Source of the DNA: Perkinsus olseni
Taxonomy: Eukaryota
Assembly (NCBI GenBank): GCA_013115125.1
Contig: JABANN010000091.1
Location: 1 to 64,000 of the forward strand
Length of the DNA: 64,000 nucleotides
Reading direction: 5' to 3'
Every line of letters starts with the position of its first letter. Position 1 is the first letter of the stretch. The notes beneath the pieces were generated by a model. It ran no database searches and was not told the DNA's origin. It saw only the letters and a program-made list of their open reading frames with translations. Positions 48,436 through 62,200 of this stretch are shown here, one piece after another. The position numbers were made by a program, and so were the translations under genes.

Positions 48436-51400
48436 AAGCACCTAGATGGTGATTTCCCAATTCCTTCGTGGCTTCCGTCGCATGGTGGTGGTTTTCGATA
48501 TTTTCTGCTACGCTCCAGCCGGACCTACCGAGCCCGATTGGGCTAACATCTCCAGCTGACAGAGGCACAAAGTTTGTGCCACAAACGCAACAGGCGCGGA
48601 ACTCAAACTTCTGAATTGAGTGAACTTGGGCTTATCTAGATTACATAGGAAAATTACTCTGCATCGCAGAGTCGGCGGCTTCGAAGCCAGTGTGCCGAGA
48701 GCCTCTCGAGAATTTCTGTTTATAGAGATGAGCATCGCTGACGGCGCATCAGTCTCCGACCGTTACGTTGCCTTCTCCGAAGAGCTTGAGTTCACCTGTA
48801 CCCGTCCGAGTAGCTGTTAAGTGATCCCCGCGGTTCACTGGTCCACTATATCTGAGGAGGAAGCATTAACGTAGCCACCGCAGTGAAAAGATCGGATGTG
48901 GGGTGGACGAATCATCCAGGATGATTAACATGCTGGATGATCCATCCACCCCTGAAGTAGCACTGCCTTCAACCGAGGGCCATCGGACTTTGATGATGGC
49001 CACTTTCATGATCTTTCAAATGCCTCGAGTCGGGAAATCCAGCATTCCGTGTTCAGAGGAAAGACTAAAGTGCATATGAGAAATGCACAGATATCAGGAA
49101 TTGGCTCAGGGTTGAATCCCGAAATGTCAGAGATCCGAGTGACAATTACCGCGCCACACCTGAGGGAGAGCACTATTCCGGGTACCGAGCTCATCGCATA
49201 ACACCGCACTGATGGATAAATTTCCCACGAGATAACTCGCTGTCCATTATCCTATTGATCGTCGTTGACCCAGCGGTATGGCAGCATATTCATCAAGAAT
49301 CAGAGGCCAAGCCTCCGAGGTCCTTCATGGCATTCGAATCCGAGTGTTACTGCCCCCCCCTCTTTGAACCTTCCCACTTCCTATACTTCGTCTTTCAGCT
49401 CGAAAGCCACCGGTTATACCTCAACTCTCGGTGTTGTATCGTCTCTTGATGTCGCCCCACTCGTTGTCACGCAGATGGGACACGACTTTGTTGACGACGA
49501 ACGAATCGCCTCCCTTAGCTGTCTTCGTCCCCTTGTATAACAGTATCTCCATCGGATTGCGGACCGTGCTCCCTCATACCGGCGATGCGTTCCAGCAGGT
49601 AGCCGGTAGTCTCTCGCAGCTCATCGTTGTGTTCTTAGACGGCTACTTCATCCACACCATCACAAACCCGAACTTCAAACTCATCCATACACACATTCAA
49701 AACCATATAATGGGTAATTTCGCCGCTTCCAAGCCCTCCATATATTGTGCCCGTAGTAAAAACACTAGATCTTATCCCTCTCCTCCTCCCTCAATGAGGA
49801 CCCCTCATCTTTGTAGTTAACATAATTGTTTGCCGAATTCTCTTGAGGCTTGGGCGCAACGACTTCGTCGCGACTGACAACCTGAGCGGTCAATGGGTTG
49901 CCATCACTCTGGCTGACAGTAAGCCACCAGTAAAAGCATACCACCCCTGTGCCATAACTGTCGTTGCCGTAACCCTCCATGTGGTACAGCGACATCCTTA
50001 GCGTGGATGGCGTCGAATTTGCCGTAGATGGCGGATAGTTCTCTTCAACGACACCGGGCACGCTTCTCCGCCGCTATGATTTGTTTCTCTGCTGAATGTC
50101 ATCAGAATACTTGAATTCGTTCTTCCGCAACTTCGAAGCACACGGCACAGTGCCGGGCCTCCGGGTGAAGACCGCTCATACGTGTACAACCTCTACTGTA
50201 CAGGAACTCTCCCCGAAAAAGCAAATCAATACCCTGCGTAGCAGAGCCTACAATAGGCCCCGAGCTCGGAGTTGCAGGGAAGACTTCCCTGGGAAGTGCT
50301 CGGATTGTGTACTATTGCGCACACTCAGATACACTGTCCCTCAGGGAATTCTCACTCGACTCGAATCTGCGGGAACCTCCCTCGGCCCGAGGGCCTCGGA
50401 TCGGAACCCGGAAGACGCGAACGCTGGGAGGGGCCCAAAGAACAAATCGCATGCTGCGAGAAATTACAAATAACGTGGAAACTGACACGAGATGGTGGAA
50501 TTTCTGACAGACTTCCTCCTAGGAAGTTCTTGTGCAGTCGGTAAGGAAATTTCGAGCATGCAGCTATATACCCAAAGTAGTGATCGCTTTACACGCGTGC
50601 TCACCAGGAAGTGCCGGGGGATACCTACTCGGGATATTCAATCCATCCGAATTGGGAGTAACCCTTCAACCAAAAAGAATCGCCAGAGACGCTTGGTCGA
50701 AACAGTGCTTGCTGCCCAGCCGGTATCTGGAAACCGAAAACCATAGCCGGTTCTCTAGGAAGCCACCTTCACTCCTATCCATTCAAACGACGAAATAAGG
50801 GAACGTCGCTCTGCACGTAGTTCTCGAAGAGATTCATGTTGAATGCCTGGGAATACCCCGAGGAAGTCTCTAGTTTCTGGGAATCAAGTTCACCGTGAAA
50901 ACGCTTTACCTTTATCAAGTTTTCTCATGGCAATTCCAAATGTATATCATCCACACCCCACTGAGACTATCATGCTAACCGTGAACGCTTTCCGTGGCGC
51001 TGTCCCGCCGCGACCTTAGCAATGTTGCGAATTTCAGGCATGTCCCACACAATATCGGGAAGTGTCCCACCCTTCTTTCACGCACCTTCTTACCTCACGT
51101 TTTCCTTCCGAGTCAGGGCCCACACCACCAATCGGTCTCACGCAGACAACGTCAGTGCTCCGATAGAGATAAAACTTCAAAGTGGACTCGGTGTTATTAG
51201 TAATAACGATCGGGTGCAGCTTTCGAGCCACTTGTATCTACCAAACCACGATTGAACCACAATGTGTAGCACGCAATGCGAGCGCTAGGCTAAGCTGTGT
51301 AGTAAATTAAACCGAACCCAAGACACTCGTTATGAGTAAAAGGTCGTAGGCTTTTACACGAGCTTAAAAAAACAATAACATCTGAGTAATGCGCTCTAGC

Positions 51401-51599
51401 ATCACGCTATAAACGACACAGCAAAATTTTAAAATCGGAGACAATTATTGTGTAATATAGGGACAATCTCTACACTGCGCTAGATATCCAAAATTGTGTA
51501 ATCTATTAAGTACATAAACGTATCCTTCCAGTTGTCCTGTTGCACTACCAATAGGACCCGGATTTCTCGGATCGGCCGGTTTTCTAGCGCGCCTTATGT

Positions 51600-54103
51600 T
51601 TAACGGAACGATCGAATCAGTATTTCTATCGACCAGTACATCCCTTGGACGGTAGACGAAGGCTGATCGCCGAGCTCGAAAGTTAAAACGAATACACATC
51701 TCTTTGTCCTGGCGAGAATCCCAAAAACGACTCCATTGCACGTGTGCATCCCGGCCAGGCCTACCCGAGAGAGTTCGTCGCACTTCGCCTGCAGCTCAGC
51801 TGACTGGTCCTGTGAGCCGTTGATTAAATAGTGCCCTGCTAGCCCTAGGGCACTCAAGGCGATACCACCTATCCAGCGAGACACGCTCCTGGAAAAACCG
51901 TCTATAAAGACGACGGCCGTCTGCTATTCCATTGCGCCCTCGACCGAGAGAAGACGAATTACCATGATGAACCGAGCGAATCTAGCAACATCCCCCCTGC
52001 AACCCTCCTGTCCGATCATCACCGACCTGGTACGGTTATTGCAACACCAGCAGCGATCTTCTGAGGCCCAGTGAGCCTCCAGCTACTCATCGGACCAGGC
52101 AAGTAACCGTTTCGGTAGGGAGTCTTCCCACCACTCAGCGCATACGACTGAACACACAAGAATGGCGACCCACCAACACAGGCCAGCGCGGAAGAGCTTG
52201 TGTCAGGATACTATAGCGCAATGGGCTGCGGTTAGACAAAAACAATGACGAGACTTGTTCCCCGTCATCATTCGATCGTAGGACACTCGAGTACCATTGT
52301 AAACGACTTGAATGATTCAAGTCGTTTACAATGGTATTCTTCGCCGAAGAATCTTCGGCGATTCAAGTTGAATCGCAACCCTCTGTCGTACCGGCGTGTT
52401 TTCGCTCAGACTTATCGCTGGGAACAGCCTCTCGTGCGACATAATCCGACTCAGACTCTTCGACCGAGCTGCCAAAGGTGCCGCCAGATCCGACAATCGG
52501 CACAGCCAGCTTTTGTCCTGCTCCGCTGACCATCCAGTGGCACTCCGGCCAGTCGCCCAGTGTAAAGTGAAAATACAATCGCGGAGTATTACAAAACCGC
52601 TGTAAAGAGAAACTAAGCCTTCCTGCGATCCGAGAATCAGCACATATAATCTATTGAGCCAGGAACGCTGCTGGGCCTGAGGGTCTTGCAATCTTCCCTC
52701 ATCTTGAAATTCCTCAACTCACCTCATCCCAATACTCGTGTACGTGAGAGCCGCATATGAACCAGAAATTGACTATGCACTTGGCCAACGCCGCCTGAGT
52801 GTTCGCGTCGACAAAACTGATCGCGATGGCCTCCATATCTTGGTCGGCAGAGGACACGCTTAGAGCCAACTCGTACGCTAGTATACGTAGATGATTGAAC
52901 AGAGAAACTGATGAAAAGAAAAAAGTACCCCGCTCAGAACATTGGTGATTGCTTCGAAAGGAGCTTAACGCGGTCAAGTCTCGGCTTGGAGTGTCTCAAA
53001 GCTCCCAGGAGAGGCTCTCAGAGAGAATGAGGAGACTAGAGACTCTTCTCGAAGTCCAGAACGCATGAAACCGGGTGACGTAGGGAATAGCAAATTTTGC
53101 AGTACAAGCGAGCCGACACTCCGCCACAACAAGTCATTCAGAGTCACACCTTCCTCGCGAAAAACGGAAGCTCTCCGAACTCGCGTTAAAGCGAGTCCAG
53201 TCAGTCCCATATTCGACTGCGTCGACGTAAAAGATACGTTTCTCTGTATTCTTCAAAAGTCAACTTTTGATACCAACCGAATGCCGCCAATTCACTTACT
53301 TGCACATCGCTCATCAAGTGTCCGCTCTAAAGGAAGCACCAGATCGTTCTCCTCAGCTGACGTTGATCCCTCCGATCCTCCCGTCTCCTGCTCTCCCATT
53401 TCGAGACAACTGCGACCAGGCATCCTCCGAACTGCGTGAACTCAAGCTCGGCAAAAATGTAGAAAAAAACCCTTACACGTCACTACATGATAATTATGAT
53501 AATGATGAGAAAACTCGGACTGCGAAACGGAGACAATCACAGTGATGACAACCCCAGCCAACAATCATAATGAAATAAGAGAAGATACAAAAAGCGCACG
53601 CCCGAATGATCGATTTCTAACCCCAAACTAAGTAAGTGAAGGAACAAAATTGATAGAATCCTAAAGGTCCTCTACCATAACTCGGCCAAATCGGCTTCAC
53701 CTTTAGAAATTTCGCTGGGGCAAAACTCGGGCGAGACGCCAACAAATCTTCGTGAAATTATGGAGCATGATCGCGAAAACAGGCGAGGCTGAGAAGATAC
53801 CGCTCCTTAGTATACTCGACCGTGCTTTCGAAATCAGTCCACACCGTCAATAAGTTCGGTTCCGACCAAAGCCCTCGCCACGTGAATGCGAAAGATATTC
53901 TGCAAGTCTACTCCCTGAGGAAGCTTCGTAGCAAGGGCGTCCATTAGGAGTCTTTGAACACGGGCATCGGCCTGGTTGGGCACGGACTCGAAAACCTCCG
54001 ACGGGGAGGGACCAGCCACCAAAGACAGCCTCGACGGACCTGAGCAAGGAGCCTCGTAGCTCGCGATAAGTCTTTTGCGTGAGACCATTTTACGACTGTT
54101 CAT
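51600..54103 (-). CDS. hypothetical multi-exon gene(s)
   Basis: A series of protein-like open segments bounded by AG/GT (53834-54103, 52974-53210, 52714-52890, 52326-52691, 51770-51884). No family recognised. Confidence 0.45.
52292..52336. repeat. perfect palindrome, 22-bp arms, 1-nt centre
   Basis: TACCATTGTAAACGACTTGAAT-G-ATTCAAGTCGTTTACAATGGTA. Confidence 0.95.
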
Positions 54104-54289
54104 GCACTAAGAGAATGCGTGCTCCGTTCTTTACACAAAAATTCATGGCAAATTAGTCATTCATCCGGCATGGAATCTTGTTATGAAGAGAATTTCCACG
54201 AGATGTCATTTTCTTAGTTCCTGTTCCGTGAACACTGACAAGAACGACAAATAGAGGAAACGTTCCCGGGAAAGCGACATCCTGCGACT

Positions 54290-57200
54290 TCACTCACCAC
54301 TGACCACCACTCTAGCACTCCCTTCAATCGCCCTGGCAAGCAGCTTGGGGTCGGCTCTCAAACCTGGAGTGGCATGACGCCACGATCGTCCAAGTGACCA
54401 CGAACGATCACAGTCACCAGATCTGAAAAAAACAACTACTCCTTCTTCCTTAAGTTCGGGGAAACCGGAACACCTGCGTATCTCATACAAGCAAATTATC
54501 ATAAGTTTTACACTCCGTTGGTATGAAGAGAGCAGGCTTCACCGCCAGTCGAGAGACACAACTCTCCCTACCCACCGAACGACTGAGGCTCCTCCAACGC
54601 CCTAATCTCACCGTGAAATCAACACCATCACGGAGGCCGATGAGGATGGATGAGTGACAGCTAGCTGCGGACACTTGGAGCCCCATACTTCAGCATCTTC
54701 TCTTCGTGGAAAGTCAATACCTTCGCTCGGAACTGAAAGGCGTACATCATTTACCTCCGTCCACTTCCCGAAAAAATTTCGCAAGAGCGCGGTGATTCGG
54801 TGAATTTCCGAATTTTCCAGGCTGTGTCCCTCCTGAGGGTTTAACATTGACGACGGATTTTCTGTTGAACGTAGCAGTACGGGCTAGACTCTAGCCGCTA
54901 GAGTGACACTAACAACATGACCTCAATTGGAGAAAGATGTTGATGGGCAACACGCAGAAAGAGCAAGCTAAGTGGTCTCAGAATGGCGAGTTCACATGGT
55001 TGTGTAGCACTGTATGTACCGAAGGCAAATTGCGAATTGTTTTCGCAGCTGGGATATAGCTCCATCTGTGCGTCCTTGTCCACTAGGTAACCCTTATACT
55101 GTTCCGCCTTCTTCAGTCGCCTCGGATGCTCTATAGCATACTCATTGCAAAGCAGTGAAGGCTTATGTTCTAGATACAGCTGTTCACACCTGCGGCCTCC
55201 TGGAAACTTATGGACGCACTGGCTAAAATAGTTCATGTGTTGATACTGCTTCTTCGACTCACACCCACCCTTAGGGTGCTCGTCAAAAATGCCTCTCATC
55301 ATAATTCGACGCGGCATATCTGCTTCGTCCATCATCAGAAACTTTTCTCTTCGATGAATTTGATGACAGCGGCTGTGGCCGCGCTGGAAGAGTTGATGCC
55401 GACAGCCGGCGGCTGATGGGCAGCCGAGGTTATCCACAGATAATTCAACTGATAAGCTGTGCGCGCCTTGAGGCCAATTGCTTCGCTGCTGACAGCTCGT
55501 AGCCAATGAACTTTGCGGCAGCTGAATAGCAAGCGGTGTCAGCGTGAGTCTCGAAGATTAGGCTCCGGTCGTCACCACAGTGCGCATCATATATAGCATC
55601 CTTGATACCGAATAGGTTAACAGCCAGTGCCATTGTTAAGATAATCCTCGATGTTTCTAACCATACTGCCGGGGCATCTAACGACGAGCATCCCAAACGC
55701 GTCCCCTTGGCGCGCACATCGGGAGTGCTCTCTCCTCCCGTGTGGGCAACAAAGGAGTTTTCGAAGACTCCGCGGGAAAGTGTGACCAGCCTTCTCTCAC
55801 CACGAGCCCTGCGTTCATTCAAATGGTACCCTCCTTCGCGAAGGCGAGAAGGCCGCGGAGACTTTGGGGCGAGAAGTCGTACAGTCTTCAATTAAGGATC
55901 GCTGATGGGCGATCACATTACGAAACGCACACAGAAGGAACCCCTGAAGCTAACCCAGCTTACGCCATGCTATCCCTCCATCATCCGAAGTAAACGAGAC
56001 CTGCGACTTCGACGGACATTGCGGGTCGTAACCGAGACAGAGCAGACTGAGAAACGGTAGACCAATTACGCACTTTCCAAGATAAACTTCGCGTAGAGCC
56101 CGCCAGAAGATCCGTGAAGAATAGTATTTCCGCCGGAAATTTTCCGGAATACTCACAAACGCACCATCGAGGAGTTCTGAGAACTCCTCAGAGGAGTTCT
56201 GAGAACTCAGTTCTCTACGACGGAAAGCTGCGTCATTTGCCGAGTAAATTTTGCCTACGTCCGTGAGTTTCCTATTTGCAGAGAAGGCACATCCGGGCTG
56301 AGAGAAAACAACCTGGTCTTACACTTTGTCGTCGTCCAAGACCGTCATTCGGGCTCCCCATCGGTTCCCAATATCAGACGGAAGTCGCGAGGTTACATCC
56401 GTCCAGGTTCTCCCGAGATCATCGCTCATCCACAGATCACCTCGGGCCCGACCTGCTTTAGACAGCGCGCGCCCGAATGATCGATAATTACGAAACCTGC
56501 GCCTCACATCCTCCACTGTAACCACCGTAAACAAGTACTCGCTTTTGCGAGGGAAGAAAGATGCAGGCGAAATCCGCCCTTGGCTGCCAAGGGGCATGCT
56601 CAACCCGGCCTAAGCGTCTGCATGCGTGGTGACTTTTCGGTGACTCTCTCACATTCAAAGCGTCTGCCACCATCAGTAGAAAGCCACACATCATTGAGAG
56701 GGTCACCCTCGGCACTCCAACCACCAAGTACCTAAGAAACACCGCCAATAATGATCGTGTAAATGAGCTCCTATCTGAGGGTTTGCAACTAAAACGCATC
56801 CGATGCTGATTCTAGTCACGCCCATTCCACACATCTTGATAATGTCAAAGATGCGCTCCGAGCACATCTTCCACATCCCTCTCCGACACCATAAAAATCA
56901 ATTTCATAGTTTTGAAAATTACGAGTCAAGCTCCGAGGAAGCAGTCAAGCTCATTCTTTCCCGTCCTCATTCGCTTCTCAGAGATCTTCAACATACAAAA
57001 GGCAATCCAACCTTGGCCGCAACCCACCATGAGTATCTTCCCATCCGGGCTCCCACAAACTCCATGGTCGTCCCTAGGGCACCAAGCCGAGGACGAGCGA
57101 ATCTAAAGTCGAAGCGCACCCGTCACCAAAAAATCGCGCCACTCAACAAATTATTTCCCACCGTCCGCCAAGTTCTCCCACCATCGTCACTTCGACAAAC

Positions 57201-58632
57201 GTCCGAGAAAAGCACCACCGCTTCCTGCTCCTCTTCGTCGACGTCGCTCGAAGACTCCCAAGACGACTGAAGCAGCGAGTCGAGAAACTTTACCGCGCGC
57301 CACGAAATTGTCGCCTACAAAGCTGCCCGTGGCCAGTGAGTTTATACTGGAGGAGGCTGTCGAGCTTGAATCCCACTGAAAAAAAACTACACTCGCCGTG
57401 TGTCACTCGGACACAATCTGGGGCTCGTTCTGCTCGTCCTGAAGTAGCGCTAAGAACTTGTTCAAGACCTAGCAAGAGTTCCAAATCTACAAAACGGAAA
57501 CACACCCATTAAATATGCCTTCAGTTAGATGGCCACTGCTGCACAGGAAGCAGCTCTCTCACACAGCCAGAGACAAATTCAACAAGCAGTGGGGCTGCTC
57601 GATAATCTTCACCGCAGGGAGCACCCTATGTACAGTCGGAATACAGAGATCATATCAAGTTCCACAACCACGCAACAAAATCGATCAGCTGATCGATTTT
57701 GACCTCCCCACCAGTCCCTACACCATCAAACGTTTCACCACACAACTGCCGCCCTCCTAACAGGAACAAAGTGCCATCAGTCAGAGCGAATACACCATGA
57801 CCAGTACCTACAGCGCGGGCGTCTTGGAGAACTTTTCCGGAGAAAGATCTCAATTTCTCCTTGCGTTTTCCTACGCCGTTTCTGTTCAGTAGCCGTGAGT
57901 CCATCGACACTGACTTGACCATCACAGACTACTGACCGCCAGGTGGACCCCAGAAGACAATCCGTGCCTGAGAAAAATGCAAAATACCAGCCCATTTCAA
58001 ATGAAACTCAGATCGACTCCCGAAACCTTAACTAATCCTCAGCGCTAATCGGACTGAACCTTAGCCTTAGCCTTCGGCGTTGGACACGCCCGAGCCCCAA
58101 CTTTGAACTGAGATCGACTATATATACCGAAACCTGAACTAATTCCCGATCCTAGTCTAACTAAGTCGGTTTTCGGCGTTGAACTCAGACAAACATGTTG
58201 AACTAATATCGACTCCACAACCAACTCCGATGTGGAACTGGAACTGAAGGCCCACAATTCATAAAGATACTACCCAGTATCACAGAAAACTGCTCCTTTT
58301 TACTCTCCTCCTTCCTACTGCCGTTCTCCGCTGCGTCGTAACCTGACGGAAACCTACACAGCTGAAGATTTCCATAAAAGGCCCAAAATTTTGGATCCGA
58401 ATATTTTCCCTCGGCATGTCGCTACGTTTTTTCCCCCGTGGTCCAGCTCGGACCGCGGATCAACCATTGGACGGCTTGCAACGTGGATCTTCAGCGCTTG
58501 GACCGTCCGAGCACAGAAGACTCTTCCCCGAAACATACTCGAGATTTCCGCGACTCGCTCACCTTTCTGCATCATTTCGGCATGACGGCGTAAAAGAGCC
58601 GCCCTGCCAAAGATGGGCCCTACAGCCATCAT
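54290..58632 (-). CDS. BNR/Asp-box and Kelch-like beta-propeller repeat protein, multi-exon, limits uncertain
   Basis: Repeated SxDxGxxW boxes (SDVCRSDDGGRTW, DLWMSDDLGRTW, TSDDGGIAW, RSWSLGRSW) alternate with APWQPRADFAC..VLVYGG, AWCPRDDHGV..ILMVG and LFLLGG. Confidence 0.65.
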
Positions 58633-59244
58633 CGGAGAAATTGTAAAACCAGTGAGAACCTCCGAAAACCTCTTCCAACCTCTTTCATATCATACCACCT
58701 CACCTCCAAGATACCCTACCGCACAACACTAGTGCGCAGCCGCAAGAAATTCAACTGAACCCAACTCTGCTCACCGCGAAGGAAACAAGCGACGCTGAGA
58801 TTCTTCCGCTTATTTTCAGCGGACCCCCGGAAGGCCCCTTCGGCAGGGATACGTCTTTCTTACAACATAGATCAGCAGTCGACGTCGTTGCGTAAGATCT
58901 CAATGATGACGATTTCCAGGGAAAAAAGGAAGTTGTGCATAGCGGAAGAAATAGTATCAGTATTATTAATACAAAACTGCGAACTACGGGTTGCTCACTA
59001 ACTTCACTGGCGATGATGATGGTACTGAAACCGAAGGAACCGCGCAGACGATTCGAAGAATGATAAGAGCAAGCATACAGTGTCATCGACGAACAAGCCT
59101 TTACAAGAATCGTACCACAACTTATGGACTGCAAACGGTTGAAGATATTTCCACGACGACCGCGAGCTCTCACCAAAGCGCACAGGCATCAAGGTAAGAT
59201 ACGAGAATCGGAACAACACAGTGACACTCCGAAACGTAGGAGGG

Positions 59245-62200
59245 TTACATCGCTGTTCGGGCAGGCATTCTGTTAGGAAGACCCGAGCGGGGCGACGGCA
59301 GGGGCACTCGGGAGCGAGGACTCGGCATAAAATTGGACGCCGTTTGTGATCGTCTGAATGCGGCCGGGGACTGAGGAAGAATTCGAGTGAAGAACGATTT
59401 GGGAAAATTATGGTACGCAGAATGAGCAGGGCGAGCCAGAGCGAGAACAGTAGTGAAACCCGTGGCGTTTTCCTAGGTTAACAGATTCTCGGTAGAATCA
59501 GATGAAAATCAGCGATTGTTCATGGTAAAAAATACGAAGGAGAAAACGAAAAAACAATAAAAATTTCTGTTTCCGCGCACTTCTGACAAATTACTCATCG
59601 CCAATCACCGACAGAGGCGACCGCGAGGGGAACCCCAATGTAGTGGATACTCGAGGGGAGTGAACCGAAAAAAACAGATTCAGACGAGTACCATAATTTT
59701 CGACTTGACTTAGCGGCATTAGTCATCCGAAAGGGCATGGCATCCGCATACGTACAACCATGTAATGTAGCAAATACTCGAAGTAAGCAAGTATCCCGAC
59801 TATGCATATCAGACGAATACCACAATTTTCGATAGTGCACGACATTCCACCATACCACAACTCTCCCAACTACTACCCGCGCAGGCCTCCTCGATATCGG
59901 GCTTCTCGTGGCCAACGGAACTGTAGGTGGCAATGATGATGGCATGGGGGAGTGACCCTGCCATTCTCCGACCGAGGACCCCTCCCCTGAAGTTTCTCGA
60001 GGGACATTGGGGTAGCTGTAGTTGACCCTTATCGGATGCTGCGGAGGCATCCCGCCGCCTCCGCCGAACTCGCTGCTCATGGACTCCTCGCCGCGGATGA
60101 CCCGACTGGTCGATCTGAAGATAATACTACTGTACTTATACAAAGGAAAAACACCACTGTCATCATGACAGTGAGGGCCTAACACTGAGTCTCTCATGAC
60201 AGTGTCATGAGAGACTCAGCGTTAGGCCCTCCAAAATTTCACCCGTGCTGCACTGCTTTCGGGGCTAGCCGAGGCCGAGAGAAACTTATCGATTCCAAAA
60301 CAAATACGATCAACTCGATCCAGAAAAAAACTCCACGCTTAATTTTCACCCGTGAATCGTTCCCGATTCACGAGGGAGCCGGCGGAAAATTTAAGAGCCG
60401 AAAAAACAGCTCACGCCGTCGAAAAATTGTCCCTACTTCTCCACCAAGCTACTTTTTCACTGAATTATTACGAACCACGAAAAAAGAAGTTTACAAGAAA
60501 AGAAGTTTTGAAATTTACAAAAAAATCCTGTGGATTCGTAGAAAGCCTGAGGCCGAATTTTATATCACGGAATTCCACAATTATCGCTCATTCACAAGAA
60601 CATACGCGCGCACAGCGAAGATTCCAATCCCCACTCACCGCGTAGACCGTGAAGTCGTGTCGCCTCTCGCGTAGTTGTAAACAGTAGACCTAGTCGTACA
60701 GTCTCCCCCCGCGTTATATCGATTGCATGATCGATTTGTCGCTTCTCCTCCGCGATACGATCTCCCCGTTAAGTCGCCCACATGCGATCGGTTAGTAGCG
60801 TCCCCTCGGTAAGAGCGGTTAGTCAAGTCGCCACGATAAGATCGATTAGACCGACTCGTGGCATCACCACGGTTGGATCTTATTGAACTGAAACAGAAAC
60901 TCATACAATCAATACTTCTATTTTCCCAAAAACAACTCGAAGCTCTGAAAATTTTCCGCAAAAAAGATGCGCACAACAACGAATTCAATGAGCTGTTTAC
61001 GAGTGCGAGCCACCCTTAGGTCACGGCCTGACTGAGGGGAAGGCATCCGCAGGCAGAAACGATTCCGAAGAGCGGCGAAATTCTGAATATCGCTCGACTT
61101 CTACACCGTGATTCACGGTGTAGCTCACGGTCCGTGAACCCACAGAGGGCGGAGACCACACTAAATCCGCCAAAAACATGTGCGAACGCTCCCGGACGCT
61201 TACAAATATTTTTACCGCGCACCTGGCCACTTGACCAGGCTTTATTACTGTTCTCTCTCTTGTCGTCTATTGGCCATCTTCTCTTCAAACAGCTCCTCGC
61301 TCCACTTGCGTGCATTCGACTGGCTCACCAGGCTCCGCACAGACGCCCCGCCGTTCATGCCGTTCGGAGAGCCTGCAACTCAGAAAATCACCACCGATGC
61401 GCAGACGCACGAAACGACCAAGTAGGAGAATCTTCACCCTCTTTAGTGCACCGCACGCTATAAAGAGTGGAGTCGGAGAAGGCACTCAGCGAATTCCGAG
61501 ACCAGTGGCGACGGGAATAGGGGCTGGATAAGAGGATAAGCGAGAGAGGATGATCTTCGTCGGGGCTGTCCTCCTTTCGCTCGGACTCGATAGGGGTCAC
61601 ACGGAACGACCAACTAGGAGAATTGCCTCGCTATAAAGAATGCTTTCATTGTTGTGATGCCTCACTGTACACCACTGTACAGTGATAATCCGCATTGTTT
61701 TGTTTCTATAGCGGCGGGATAGCCACTGGGTGACGGATACGACAGGAAAAATCGCCACGGTTGGTGTAAAAGTTGGCCGATATCATCTCCCACACAGTCG
61801 TAGTGGTCAACACCATAGTCTCTCTTCTAAAGAGGTAGTACGAGAGAAAGGCGCAAAGACCGGCAGAACCCTCTCTCCGAGGAGGTGTGGTCCAAGACAC
61901 GAGCGATTGCAAGAACTATTGATTTCACTACCACTGGTCGGCCGCGATAAGTCGGGGCCCACCTTATAGTCTCTCACCGCTGCAAAATATGAGTGAGGAA
62001 AACATTACATCGCGAGTGCAGGAAGGGGAAACACAAGTTGGGAAATGAGAAATGTGGAAGTGAAGTTGGAAAGCTTCGTTGTGAAATACAAACTAAAAAA
62101 CGAAAACTGCGGGATGCAATCACCGACGGGAAAGGCGAGATTTACGTGAAAATTTGTGGAACTGAAGCGAAAAAAGGGAAATAAGAGTCGTAAGTGAATT

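Noticed and set aside
49250-50800. Protein-like segments broken by stops on both strands
   Set aside because: No family motif or consistent splice model was found.
54898-55700. 200-aa ORF and neighbours inside the Asp-box gene region
   Set aside because: Could be exons or a nested insertion; no motif or termini were identified.
58001-58250. Degenerate duplication of about 100 nt (GAACTCAGATCGACT..CCGAAACC)
   Set aside because: Ordinary decayed tandem repeat, probably intronic, with no further structure.
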